A stretch of DNA of 64,000 nucleotides from Octopus vulgaris (GCA_951406725.2 OX597821.1:71424001-71488000), one strand, 5' to 3'. Numbered from the stretch's first letter, positions 27,188-40,179 are shown. A program made the numbers and translations. The notes: generated by a model not told the origin, from the sequence alone.

Positions 27188-27999
27188 GATTGTCACAGCT
27201 TGGACACCGTCGTAAACAACTGCAACAAGTTATTTGGGTAAAGTTGTCTTTGACGGCGAAAAGATGAAGCAGTTGAATGTTGTGTCCTTTTGAAAACTGA
27301 CGACTGCTTGAAACGTCAGAAAACTTCTCGGCCACTTTATGATTCTAAAAGACTTATTGAAATGGGTTACGCGTTAATACTTCAGCAAGTTACGGACCCC
27401 TACTTCCAGCTTTGAAAGCTTCCAAGAAATATGTTTACCAGAGTTGTCTACCCCGAACATACATGCATGCATGCATGCATACATACATACATACATACAT
27501 ACATACATACATACATACAAACATACATACATACATGCATACATACATGCATGCATGCTTACATACATACATGCATACATACATTCATACATAAATACAT
27601 ACATGCATACATACATACATGCAGGCATACATGCATGCATACATACATACACTTAAACAATTAAAAATTAGGCAGTTAAAGGACTTCTGCTCGAAACGTC
27701 GGAACTTTTCCATCGACAACTGCGGGAGACAACTCTGATGAACGCATTTCTCGGAAACTTTCGCAGCAGAACGTAGCCTTCCGTAAGTTACTGATGTATT
27801 AACGAGAAACTCACTTCAGTAAGTCTATTAAAGTCGTACATTGGTTGAGATGATTTCTGACGTTTCAAGCAGTCGTCATTATTCAAAAAAAGGGCACAAC
27901 AGTCACCTGTTTCATCTTTTCGGCGTCAAAAACATATCCGCTAAGTACCTTGTTGAAGTTGTGGTCGTTGTTTACGAACGTGTCGAAACTGTGGCAATC
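27188..27999. repeat. Diverged inverted repeat; arms 27188-27449 and 27727-27999 around a (CATA)n spacer
   Basis: For example TGACGACTGCTTGAAACGTCAGAAA on + matches TTTCTGACGTTTCAAGCAGTCGTCA; colinear over about 265 bp. Confidence 0.85.
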
Positions 28000-28399
28000 C
28001 GTTTTATATAAGAAAAGATTGTAAAATTTTAAACATTGTTTCCTTACAGTGTTGCCACTCTGCAACAAACAAATAATCTTGCAACCTTGAAACTAGGATC
28101 TGTTCTCCTGTAAATTTAGGATACTAATTCCAAACGTAACATCAGTCTTGTCGTCAGCTCCAGTTTAGGAGAGACAGTATATCTCTTTAAATACCAATTT
28201 CTCTATTCGAGCGCTGAAATTAAGATTACAAGTTGTACTTTACATTACATGAGAAATCAAAACATTTTTTTCCCACTATGTTTAGACTTCTTGTTACAAA
28301 AGTATCCTCATCTTTTCCCTATCAGTTGAAATTAACTTATGTTCTGTTAATCTGTTGTTTTAATTCGGAAACCAGCCATAATACTAAAGCTATTTTTTG

Positions 28400-28620
28400 A
28401 TATTTCGTTTTGGATTTGATTTGCAAGAATCTTTATATGAGTTCGTGTGTTGAAGCATATTCTGTTGTGTCTGGGGAGAGTCATTTTCTTTTTGTGCCTT
28501 ATAATGTAACACACTCACCGGTAAAATTTCCACTTATTTCTTATTTTTATTTTCCTAAAATTTTCGTTGTGTCTTGCAACCTTTTCAATAGTCTTGACTC
28601 TCCAGACACAACAGAATATT
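28400..28620 (-). repeat. PLE-related short repeat family P1, with hammerhead-like motif (28555-28591) and terminal inversion
   Basis: Matches 59450-59660; ATATTCTGTTGTGTCTGGGGAGAGTCA is repeated inverted at 28595-28619. Confidence 0.75.
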
Positions 28621-28919
28621 TTTTGTTATTTATGTATCAATGGGCATCTTGAATTTTAAGTGGTTTCGTTGAGAAATGTGTGTCTGTTGAGCCACAATTA
28701 TGCAAATTTAAGCTTTTCTAATTATTTCTCTGCGCCCTTCGTTTGTCACAAAAAACTTAATGTCAAAAGCCATGTATTTTTTTTATTCTGTTGGATATAT
28801 TCACCATTTTAGATTTAAGTGTTTTGAACACAGATACAGGGTAATTCCGAAGACAGGTTACACAGCATTACCCGTCATTTCAGTAATCTACCTGAACTAC
28901 TATCGGGGCTTCGAATAAT

Positions 28920-29112
28920 AGCTTTTCTAATGTTGGCACAATGCCACCAATTAGTGGGGAGAGGCAAAATAATTGCATCAACCCCGTACTTGACTGGTAC
29001 TTTATTTGAAGAACCCCGAAAGGATAAAAGGTAGAGTTGACCTCGGCGGGATTTGAACTCAGTACGTAAAGGTCGGAGGAAATGCCGCTAATCATTTTAT
29101 CCGATGCGCTAA
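28920..29112 (-). mobile_element. Meta/MESC-like SINE monomer
   Basis: CTGGTACTTTATTT..CCCCGAAAGGATAAAAGG..GACCTCGGCGGGATTTGAACTCAG. Confidence 0.8.
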
Positions 29113-29270
29113 CAATTAGGTCTGTTCACTGAGGCTTCTAACAATATCGGTTTCAAATTGTGGCGGAAGAGCAACAATTTTGATGCAGGCTGCGAGATGA
29201 TTACGTCAGGCAAAGTTCTGAGTTCAAATGACCCAGCACACTTACGGGTAGAGAATGCACACACACACAC

Positions 29271-29332
<62 letters not shown>

Positions 29333-29552
29333 GCACGCAAGCACGTGCATATATCTTTATACCTATATGTATACACACATACATAAACAAATCCATAAGA
29401 ATATAAAATATGTATGTGTGCATGTATGCATATATATGCTTAATGTGTATGTATGTATATATGTGTGTATGTATATTTGTGCATATGCATTTATATATAT
29501 ATATGTACATGTGTGTGAGTGTGTTTGCGTGTGCGTGTGTGTGTATTTACAT

Positions 29553-30312
29553 ATCTTAGTGGTAAAGTGAATTCGAGCGCTTCCCTCGATGATGAAATCG
29601 TCAACCGTTTTGCAAAGGCCACCAAGGCATTTGGCAAATTCCATCATCGCCAATAGAATGAAGGGGGCATCAAACTTAATACCAAAGTACGGGTCTATAA
29701 AGCAACCATTCTTAATACTCTCTTGTATGGCTCAGAATCATGGATACCCTACAGACAACACATTAAATCAACTAGACATCTTGCACAAAGGCTGTCCGAG
29801 GACAATCTTTGGTTATTCACTAAAAGACGGAGTTTCTAATGCCGACCTGTTTAGCAAATGTAAGATTAGTGAAACCGAGAGGTTCCTTATACAATCACAG
29901 TTGTGTTTCGACAAAATGAGTGACGAAAGAATATACAAAGACCTCATGTACAGCCAGCTTGAGAGTGGACACAGGAATGTTGGTCGACCGTGGCTCAGAT
30001 ATGTGGACAAGCTAATGAGTAACCTCTTAGCAATGAAGATAGTTCACAACACCTTTGAGCGAACAGCCTTGGAGCGAACAAAATGGAGATCGTTGTGTCA
30101 AAATGGTATTAGAAACTTTGTTGCAAACAGCATTCGCAGGATTCGGGGCGCAAGGTAAAGGAGAAAAGCGGCTGGAAATATACCATCTGCACTGACATGT
30201 AATCCTCATACTTGTGGGATCTGTGGGCTTTCTTGCAAATCGTTGGCGCGACTTGATAAAGAATAAGTATGTTGTGGGATCCTCATACGTCGAAACCGAC
30301 GGGAGAGTCCCT
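29553..30312 (+). mobile_element. 5'-truncated RTE-clade LINE (C-terminal ORF region and 3' tail), pseudogenised
   Basis: SLDDEIVNRFAKATKAFGK, TKVRVYKATILNTLLYGSESW, MSDERIYKDLMYSQL..GRPWLRY.D, R.KWR, C-terminal CGICG; frameshifts; tail stem-loop CGTCG-AAAC-CGACG. Confidence 0.9.
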
Positions 30313-30319
30313 CTTATAT

Positions 30320-30540
30320 ATAGATATATATTTATGTGTGAGCGCGTGTGTATCGTTGGCGATTTTCTTTCTCCGCCTTTCCTTTCTTTGGTCTTTTTCT
30401 ATATTTCTGATGAAGAACTCCGCTGGAAACGTGAGATCCTTTTTTCTTTTCTTTCCTTTCCTGACCGTCCAATAACACAGTACATGTTCCACTTCCTCCC
30501 GTTGTTGTTTTTTCTTGCTTGTTCTTGTTTGGATTGACTA
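30320..30540 (+). repeat. PLE-related short repeat with hammerhead-like motif at 30407-30433
   Basis: CTGATGA-A-GAACTCCGCTG-GAAACGT, flanked by (TA)n. Confidence 0.55.
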
Positions 30541-30559
30541 TATATATATATATATATAT

Positions 30560-30733
30560 AGTCGCCATGATAGATCGGTAGCCACTACACACGTTTTTAT
30601 TTCTTTCTGTGTTCTTTTCTGTGGAAGAGCGTAGGCTCGAAACGTAAAAGACTTTTTCAATTCCTGAACGTTACTAATACATCTGTTTGTTTTCTACACC
30701 ACCTGTCTTCGTCTTTTTTTTTTCAAGAAGTCC

Positions 30734-30738
<5 letters not shown>
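30560..30738 (+). repeat. Short repeat family P2; other copies at 34705-34885 (+), 40397-40508 (+), 44943-45135 (-)
   Basis: Shared GAAGAGCGTAGGCTCGAAACGTAAAA...CTAATACA..GTCTTCGTCTTTT; all copies abut microsatellites. Confidence 0.85.
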
Positions 30739-30805
<67 letters not shown>

Positions 30806-31018
30806 CAGCTGGAAATTGTAAAACATAACTGTCATCACTGCTACATGACTCTGAAGATTGCATAGTTTAATGCATGAAAGTACTAGTTCAATCAGAATGG
30901 ACATTTAATATTCTATCGTTTCATTATATTATTATAAGATTGTAAATGAAACGTGAAAATCAAAGTTGGAATTTCTTTAAGTAATATATTCTTCTATACA
31001 CAATCATACACACCCGTA

Positions 31019-31074
<56 letters not shown>

Positions 31075-31150
31075 TTTGTTGTGCGTTTAAATATTTGTTG
31101 TGCAAGATTTTTTATGTGGCTAAATGGCAATAAGCCGTGTGTTGAAACAG

Positions 31151-31253
31151 ATATTGTAATATTTCGGAATGGTTAATATTGCCAGTTTAGCCAATAAAAA
31201 CACATGCGTGTGTTTTCATTGGCTAAACTGGCAATATGACCATTCCGAAATAT

Positions 31254-31261
<8 letters not shown>
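31151..31261. repeat. Near-perfect 111-bp palindrome at the end of a P1-related repeat
   Basis: ATATTG..TTTCGGAATGGT..ATATTGCCAGTTTAGCCAAT..AAACACA followed by its reverse complement. Confidence 0.9.
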
Positions 31262-31330
<69 letters not shown>

Positions 31331-31544
31331 GGGAGATTTTCTGTGCAGAAGACAAACAGCCATTCCTGCATGAAAGTCATACCACTCCACCTGACAAATG
31401 ATGTCCAAGCAAAAGATAAATTTGACCAGGCCGTGATTTGATCCCACAGCTCAGACACTTGCGATATATACCACGTGGCACCTCTATGCGATTCGGAAAC
31501 GACTCGGTCAATTCGGCACCTTCAGCATATACGTAAAATACACG

Positions 31545-31598
<54 letters not shown>

Positions 31599-32264
31599 CA
31601 CACACACATACACACACATATATAGATACACATATATTAACACATGCATACACGCATACATACATACATGCATACATACATACATGCACGCACGTACATA
31701 CATACCCGCATGCATGCATACATGCACACATACATACATATACACATACATGCATACATGCACACACATACATACATAGACTATACAAACATACATACAT
31801 ACACACACATACACGCATACATGCATATATACACACATACATACATTCTTCTTCTACAGTTTGTGTTGATAATCCCTGTTAAGGCTACCTCGAAACATCA
31901 TCGGCTCATGTCATATATTTTCAATTTAAGAATTAACAGTGAGTCACAACTCTTCCCATTTTAACGTCAGAATCAATTTAGATACAAGGTCCTGATTAAA
32001 TTCGATACGATTCATTAACCTTGAGCAACCCTGCGGCTTCTGTCTACCAGGAATTTTGCCTTTTATTTCTCAAAGCCTCGCCATCGAGAAATACGATACA
32101 AGATGTTATTTTATCAAGTTTGCATCTCCTTTCCCCCTCTTTACAGACACACGCGGACGCACACATATGTTTATAAATTTATATATATATATTCGCACAC
32201 ATATAGACATATTAATATATTTTTTTTTATAATTATTTTGGTTTGTTTTGTTTAACCAGTGAAC

Positions 32265-32430
<166 letters not shown>

Positions 32431-32469
32431 TCTGCCTAATAACAGCTTGTTTATATGTAAAAACATTGT

Positions 32470-34255
32470 ATTTCATCAACCTTGAAACTAAATCTTTTGC
32501 TACCAGCATAGAATTTGATGACAGATTATAGTCTGTAGCCCTACACACATTTTATGTGTCATTCAAAGGCCATGAACACCACTCGCAGACAATTTAAACA
32601 ACATTCTGCAAACTCGGTAGGTCCAGTAAAACAATCCTAGTTTTATCTTCAGTAGTCCCTTTTATAAAACTTTAGGATAATACCACATCCGGCGTCCGAC
32701 AATTAAATAACATTAATTGTACAAAACCTGCATTAGTTTATCCTGTTCGACTTTGTTGATTCCAATTCCTCTGTCAAATTTAAAGTCTTAAATTACACCT
32801 GAAACCACGCAATCAAGAGCCAGACGTGAAAATAATTCTATCGGATCACAAGTCACTGCTCGCCTTCGACGATGACCTATTAATTAAAAACGGTGGCAGA
32901 CACTCTACAGGAGTTCTGATTTAATTGGTCGTTCCATCCTGCCGAATATAAAACATATAGTCCTTATGAAAGAATCTGGTTTGTATCGTGATTAAGAGCC
33001 CGTAATTACACACAGCGCCGATAAATCAGTTCTTCAACCTAAAGGAGAACCTCATCAAAATATTAGACAACCAACTTCATACCGTAAACTTCCTTGACAT
33101 CAGTTTAAGCCTTGGGAATAGCACACAACATGTTTATGGCAAAACCCAATGACAAAAAGAAACACATCGAAATCAATTTCAATGACCCGCTGACATCAAT
33201 CTTAAGTTTCGTCAAAAATGCTGTCATACAATTCTTCAGACGTAACTTCCTTTAACAAAACACTCCATATTGATGGCTACGCATTATCATTGAGCAGGGT
33301 TTTTTTTACGAGGAAATTATATATATATAGACACTAGTTCAATTTCAGCTCTATAAAAATATTCCCGAAACAGCAGTTACCTTAATACAGTGTTATGTAA
33401 CCTAGCTTTAAGATCATTATTACGTTTTAATGTCACGAAATATTTTTTTAACTTAGTTCAAAATATTTCTTAACGAACCATAAGCATTATAAAATATTGA
33501 GCAAAATTACGAAATGTGACTATAGGTGCACCAAAATATTTATTGTATCTCTAACAAATAGAAATAACTCCGACCCACGTCTCTAGTAAACATATCAACC
33601 AACTGATGCTATTTTGTCTGATGTCAAGCCTTTTTTCAAACAACCCTCTCTACAAAGGAATCGTTGGTTCAACCGCCAATCCCTTCAAACTAGAATCCGA
33701 CCAACAGAACCACACATTTACAAAACCAGTATTTATGGTTGTAAACTATAAAAATATTTTTAAATGTTTAAAAAATTTGATTTATTGTCATTTACGAACC
33801 TTTTGACCACCAATAACCAAATGTGTGTTGCAGATATGAGGACAAAATTATCATATGACGGTTACCTTCTTAATGAAAGCCTTTTTTATAAACATAAGAA
33901 TTTTGCGATAACTTATTTAGCCTCAACCGAAATGGAGCACCATAATCGCTTTCCTCTGGCATTGTGAATGTCAGTCCCTTCTTTACACTCTCACTCCTTA
34001 CCTGTCCCCTAAATGGCTGGTCTCATTCTTATATATGCACCTAAAAACACTGTACTTTGAGCTAACAACACGCCAAAAGACTCAGACAATCACAGCAGAG
34101 ATTACATCTAGAAACCTTGTTAAACATATCACATGTCATCTACAGAATGTAGGTTCAAATTATAGTTCGCCTAAGATTGGGAAACAAGACACTTGCATGT
34201 CGAAACATGGACCCTCAGCTATGGCTGAACAGTGTAGTTCATAATTATTCAGAGT
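32470..34255 (+). mobile_element. Highly degenerate Penelope-like retroelement (RT plus GIY-YIG remnants)
   Basis: Colinear remnants INLETK..DDRL, KLGRSSKTIL, LFDFVD, KSLL, GLYRD*, VNFLDISLSL, K-PND, VGSTANPFKL; 3' GACA..TGTC-GAAACATG hammerhead remnant; many stops and frameshifts. Confidence 0.75.
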
Positions 34256-34301
34256 TGTCACTGTGTCTGTCGTATACACACTTGTACACTATCTATCTAT
34301 A

Positions 34302-34351
<50 letters not shown>

Positions 34352-34887
34352 GTTTATGTATCTATCTATCAGATTTCTTCTCTCTCTCTCTCTCATTCTC
34401 TTACCCTTTTCTACCCCCCACCATCCTTTTCGTTCTCCTCTGTCTTTATTACAGTAAAATAAAACCTTATTCACATGAAATAATGCTCGGGGCATAATTA
34501 AATCGTTAAATCTTCAAACGTTTTAATTTAAAAATAACTATTAAGTTACTGTAAAAAATAACATAAATATTAGCTTCACTCATTTAAATATTTGTTTAAC
34601 TCCATGCATCTCGTCTCCTCTCCCTTCTCTTGCTTCTCTCTGTCTCTTTCTGTCTTTCTGTCTCTTTATCTCTCACTCTCTCTCTATCTCTCACTATATA
34701 CATATTTCACCATGATGGGCCGCTGAACTCTACACGTGTTTTTTTCATTCTCTTGTTCCTTTCTCTCGAAGAACGTAGGTTCGAAACGTAAAAGACTTTT
34801 ACATTTTTCCCGACCGTCAAACTAATACACTTGCTTCTTCTTCCTACACTTGTCTTCGTCTTTGTTTTGCTATAAATTTGAATTTTA

Positions 34888-35033
<146 letters not shown>

Positions 35034-35450
35034 ATGATATTAGCTCGTATACGAGTGGGTATATATTTGTAAAAAATGAAGTTCGAAAATGCTGCTATAG
35101 TAGACAAATTTTTAATTTTTATATATATACATTATAACATGTTTCGGTTCTTGAGAACCTTCTCAAAAAAAGTTATATATAAAAAAGATAGTTCATGCTA
35201 TCAAATATAAAAAATTCATTTATAATATACAATAGAGTCAGACATCAAAAAGTTCATATATCGTGAAGTGAGTTCGTTCATGCTATATGTTTAGAGAGTA
35301 TGATATGCAGTCAATATAAAAAAATTGGTGTTCCTGAAAGAGCGAGGAATTCATTTTAGATTTTACCTTGAGTAACTGTGATGACTTTTGGTCGGTGTTC
35401 GCTGGATCGTTCTGGCGAACCTTGTGAATTGTTTGGGTTTTATATCACCT

Positions 35451-35950
35451 GTTAGGTGGCCAGTCCAGCGTAACGTGACGTCATCAACGTTTTGACCAAT
35501 CGTTTCTTTAGGTGGCTTAGTCTAGCAGAACGGGACGTCATCAATAATCCGACCAATCCCGACCTATAGCTGTATTAGATCTGCCCCTTGTCTGTATCCT
35601 GTTTTGACCAATCGTTTCGTTAGGTGGCTTAGTCAAGCAGAACGGGACGTCATCAATATTCTGACCAATCCCGACCTATAGCTGTATTAGATCTGCCCCT
35701 TGACCAATCGTTTCGTTAGGTGGCTTAGTCAAGCAGAACGGGACGTCATCAATATTCTGACCAATCCCGACCTATAGCTGTATTAGATCTGCCCCCTGTC
35801 TGCACCCTGCCAGGTGACCAGTCGAGCAGAACGGGACGTCATCAATATTCTGACCAATCCCGGCCTATAGCTGTATTAGATCTGCCCCTTGTCTGTATCC
35901 TGTCCAGTCTAGCAGAACGAGGCGTCATCAACGTGTTGACCAATCAGAAT
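35451..35950. repeat. Minisatellite with irregular units (mostly about 85-110 bp) carrying GACGTCA and CCAAT motifs
   Basis: Six G(A/G)CGTCATCAA words, each followed at fixed spacing by GACCAATC; CTATAGCTGTATTAGATCTGCCCC occurs four times. Confidence 0.92.
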
Positions 35951-36134
35951 CGGGTCTGACCCTTAGCTGTATCGCATGTGGCCAGTCCATCAGGGTTAGA
36001 TCTGTTCGAAGAGATCTTTTTATAAATTTTTTTCCCTTTTTCCCTAAGGTATATTTCCGTCAGTGTGAGTGACTGTTTAAGGTAGCGGCCGTGGTGGAAT
36101 TTTGCTTCTCCTTTTCGGGGACCAATCTTTTGTT

Positions 36135-36500
36135 TTAATATTCCTGGCCTATGGTGTTTAAACTTGGTCTAAATTTTTTGATGAAATACAGTTCTTTATT
36201 TTGGCGTTGCGTGAAGGTTGCGTTGTCACTGAATTTATAAAGCGGGTAAGTTGTAAATTTCGGATTTACATTTCCAGCACATCTATCTATGTGTCCGCTG
36301 ACCGGTATTTTCCGGTATTCAGGGTTTCTAATTTGTGATTTATGCACCGCCATCCTGTTACGTAAGCTATTTTTTGTATGGCCTATATACTGCCTATTGC
36401 AGCCTGCGCATGTTATGACGTAAATTAAGTTTTCTGATGCGCAGGGGAAGTTTGCTCTAATGGTGAACTGGTGACCTTGTTCTAGTATAAATTCTGAACC
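36135..36500 (-). pseudogene. GIY-YIG endonuclease domain of a Penelope-like element, 121 open codons, 5'-truncated
   Basis: GSEFILEQGHQFTIRANFPCASENLIYVITCAGCNRQYIGHTKNSLRNRMAVHKSQIR...HIDRC...RQNKELYFIKKFRPSLN: LIY-YIG, R, E and N motifs plus CxxC. Confidence 0.9.
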
Positions 36501-36890
36501 TATTTTTTATATTGACTGCATATCACCACTTTGATCTATTTTTTATATTGAATGCATATCACCACTATGAACCACTACATCATACTCTCTAAACATATAG
36601 CATGAACGAACTCACTTCACGATATATGAACTTTTGATGTCTGACTCTATTGTATATTATAAATGAATTTTTTATATTTGATGGCATGAACTATCTTTTT
36701 ATACTATCTTTTTTTGTCTACTATAGCAGCATTTTCGAACTTCATTTTTTACAAATATATATATATATATATATATATAAATGAAAGAATGGAGTCGAAC
36801 GTCGATTTTAACAAAATTCCTTTACTCTCGACACATGTTTCGAAGGCTGCATATTCCTAATTCCGAAGGAATAAAGGGTGCATTATGCCC

Positions 36891-36968
<78 letters not shown>

Positions 36969-37106
36969 GCATGTATGTACCTATGTATGTATGCGTATCT
37001 ATACACATACATATATATATACGCACATATATGTATATATATATGTATATGAATTCGTATAAAATGTATTCATGTGTTCATATTTACATGCGTATACATA
37101 TTGAGT

Positions 37107-37167
<61 letters not shown>

Positions 37168-37744
37168 TGTGTGTGCTGGCCTACTCTGTCGCTGTATACA
37201 ATGTCTTATTGTTAGTTATTAATTCTAGCTACGTAGAGATGATTTTAAAAAATCGAGAAACGTGGTGTAAATACACTCTACTATACGAACAGAAATTCTA
37301 CAACCACCACCCCCACACACGCAAACGCATTACAACTACATACACATATGACTGACTGAACGTTGTTTTCTCACCCAGTTATGTTGTGATAACAGTTCTG
37401 TGACATTGTGCTTTTGTAAGGACTGAGATCGTATTCAGTTGAACGGAATAAGTTACTTAACTCTTGAAATGCTATCAGTGTCCTACTTAATTCCTTTAAT
37501 GTTCCTAATGATTTTTTGAAGCCATACATAGAGGTGTGTGTATATTTGCGTCTGTTCTATCTCCTCTTTTTTGAATAAGAAGTATTATCCTTCTTTTAGG
37601 AAATTGGGAGATTATTTCTAAAAAGATTTGGAGACTTAGTTTAAGTAGTTTGGTTAGGGTTCTTGTTGCATATTTTGGAAAACTGTTAGGAAGCCAACAA
37701 AGTCTCCTGCTTCGTTTTATACTAAGTGTACTGTAGCCATTTTG

Positions 37745-37988
37745 TTTCTTGAGCCTAAGGACTCATAAGGCAACCGGTTACCTGGTTTCTATGTGGTATA
37801 AGCGACTGGAAACGGCACACTAGCCCATTTAGGTTTCAAGGCAAGCCGTATTGAAGGGTAGGAACAAATCGATTATATCGATCCTGAGGGGATGAAAGGC
37901 AAAATTGACTTCGGCAAAATTTGAACTCAGAACGTGAAGAGCCAGATATAATACAGCTAAGCATTTTTGTCTAACGATTCTGCCAGCT
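37745..37988 (-). mobile_element. SINE family C 3' fragment adjoining a Meta/MESC-like SINE
   Basis: GGATGAAAGGCAAAATTGACTTCGGCAAAATTTGAACTCAGAACG; CTCATAAGG..CCGGTT..GGTTTCTAT. Confidence 0.7.
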
Positions 37989-38706
37989 AACAACCTTGTA
38001 ACAGCTGCTATTACAGTATGCCAGTATAATTGGTGGTTGCACCCACCACTTACATATAAAGTTGTAGTGTCCAAACAGCTCTGTTATCACAGCTCTTTGT
38101 TTTTCTTTCCAGCAGGGTGTTGAAACGAAAATCTATTGAATTGTTCATTCAATATTCCACTTGCCTACAAGGGGTCTGTCGAGAGTAACCCACTTCATTC
38201 AAACAACAACCCATGCAGTGCACAGTTGCGGTTCCATTGGCGGAACTGTAGAAAACATTTAGGTTAGTGTTTATGTTTTCTTGAAACCAGGTTTCCTTCA
38301 TTGCACTCACATTTACATGGAAATACTTTTTTTTCTTTCAATATGTACGAGTGCCGTTTTTACATGGGTCTTTTCCGTTGCAGTTATTTATTTATTTAAA
38401 CCATTTAAAACAACTTTTCCTTATTCCATAAGAATTTTCCCGTGTCTGAGAATGAAATTTTTTGAACTCCATCACCCTTCTTCGTTGGGGGTGGTTAATG
38501 CACATAACTTGCATCATTGACGTAATTTGCTTGAGTTTTATGTTGTGGTCGAAATCAACAGCAATATACATCTTACAAATATATATACTTCATCCCTGAT
38601 TGCTGTTGAGCTTTGCGGAATTTCAGACAGAATTAGCTTTTGTTTGGTGATGTTCTGTCTTACATATTCCGTTAAACAGTAAAAGTGTTAATTCGCAGAT
38701 GCATGC

Positions 38707-38737
<31 letters not shown>

Positions 38738-38921
38738 TGTATGTATGTATGTATGTATGTATGTATGTATGTATGTGTGTGTGTATGTATGTATGTATGT
38801 ATGTATGCATGCATTCATGTATGTATGTGTATATGTATGTTTATGTATTTAAGTGTGTATGTGTGTGTGTGTAATAATATATATATATATAATTACATAA
38901 ACACACAGACATATATATATA

Positions 38922-39120
38922 AATTACGGAGATGTACTTGCATAGCAAGTGACTTGATCTGAGGTCTTGTGCTGAAACAAAAGCAATGGCAGCGTGGAAG
39001 ATGTTTGTAAGTCATTTAAGAACACACAAAAACCGTTACTTTCACTTCAACATTTAAATTTCATTTATGTCAAATATTTTCGTCGCTTTGAAACCGCGTC
39101 CTGTTCACTGACAAAACTTC
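38922..39120 (-). repeat. Short repeat-like segment with G3-C8 hammerhead-like motif at 39068-39113
   Basis: TGTCA-GTGAACA-G-GACGC-loop-GCGAC-GAAA-ATATT-TGACA on minus strand; flanked by microsatellites. Confidence 0.55.
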
Positions 39121-39319
39121 GAAACTTCGTGCTGTATACTTGAATGCCTTACAAACATTCTCCACGCTACAGTTGTTATACACACACACACACACACACA
39201 CGCACATACACACACACACACACACACACGCACACACACACACACACATATGGGCGTACGGATACATGTATGTATGTGTGTATATAAATACGTGCGTACT
39301 TGCATACGTACAAATTTTC

Positions 39320-39652
39320 GGCGGCCATGCTGATGCACCGCCTTTAGTCGAACAAATCGACCCCAGGACTTATTCTTTATAATCCTAGTACTTATTCTAT
39401 CGGTCTCTTTTCCCGAATCATTAAGTTACGGAGACAAGCGATGGTGGGGGGACAAACACAGACACAAACATATATATATATGTCGTATATATACATACAA
39501 CAGGCTTCTTTCAGTTTCCGTCTACCAAATCTATTCACAAGGTTTTGATGTGCCCGAGACTATAGTAGAAGACTTTGTCCCAAGTTACCACGCAGTGAGA
39601 CCGAACCCAGAACCATGTGGTTGGGAAGCAAGCTTCTTACCACACAGCCACA
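39320..39652 (-). mobile_element. SINE family A
   Basis: GCGGCCATGCTG..CCCCAGGACTTATTC..CTTTCAGTTTCCGTCTACCAAATC..GGGAAGCAAGCTTCTTACCACACAGCCA. Confidence 0.85.
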
Positions 39653-40115
39653 TCGATTATCCCATTCTTTTATTATCTATAAACTTACCTTATTTATATT
39701 TAAATTTCCTCTATCATCTCTATTCTGATTCTATTCCCCAGCTCTATCTTATCTCCAATCAAACTATAACCTCTTCGCCCGAACATATAACAATTCAAAT
39801 CATAAACCGTATCATTTGGTCTGCCATAATGAATCCATAAACCCATATAAAACATCTAAGAGTATATTTTTCCCTCCGAAGATATTATGCTCAGGTTATA
39901 TAAATGTAAATTTAATATTTAATGAGTATTAATTGAAACAGCTGTAAGTGAAAAGGTTTAGTTTGCTATTAATGCTAAACAATTATTAACTTCTCAATCT
40001 CCATTTTCTTTTCTTCTTTTATATGAATGTAAGCTATACGTTTTGATATATATACCTGCTATTTTAAGGAAATTGATTCTCCCAAAATACTAGGTATAAA
40101 ACCAGAAATTCCCTT

Positions 40116-40179
<64 letters not shown>

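Larger units (their letters stand above)
35061..36760 (-). mobile_element. 5'-truncated Penelope-like element (Neptune-type EN) with inverted pseudo-LTRs, embedded in (TA)n
   Basis: Arms 35061-35325 and 36501-36760 are reverse complements; they enclose a GIY-YIG frame and a 3' minisatellite; (TA)n on both flanks. Confidence 0.88.

Noticed and set aside
35451-35950. CRISPR-like array
   Set aside because: Intervening sequences are repeated rather than unique spacers, there are no cas genes, and the context is a eukaryotic retroelement
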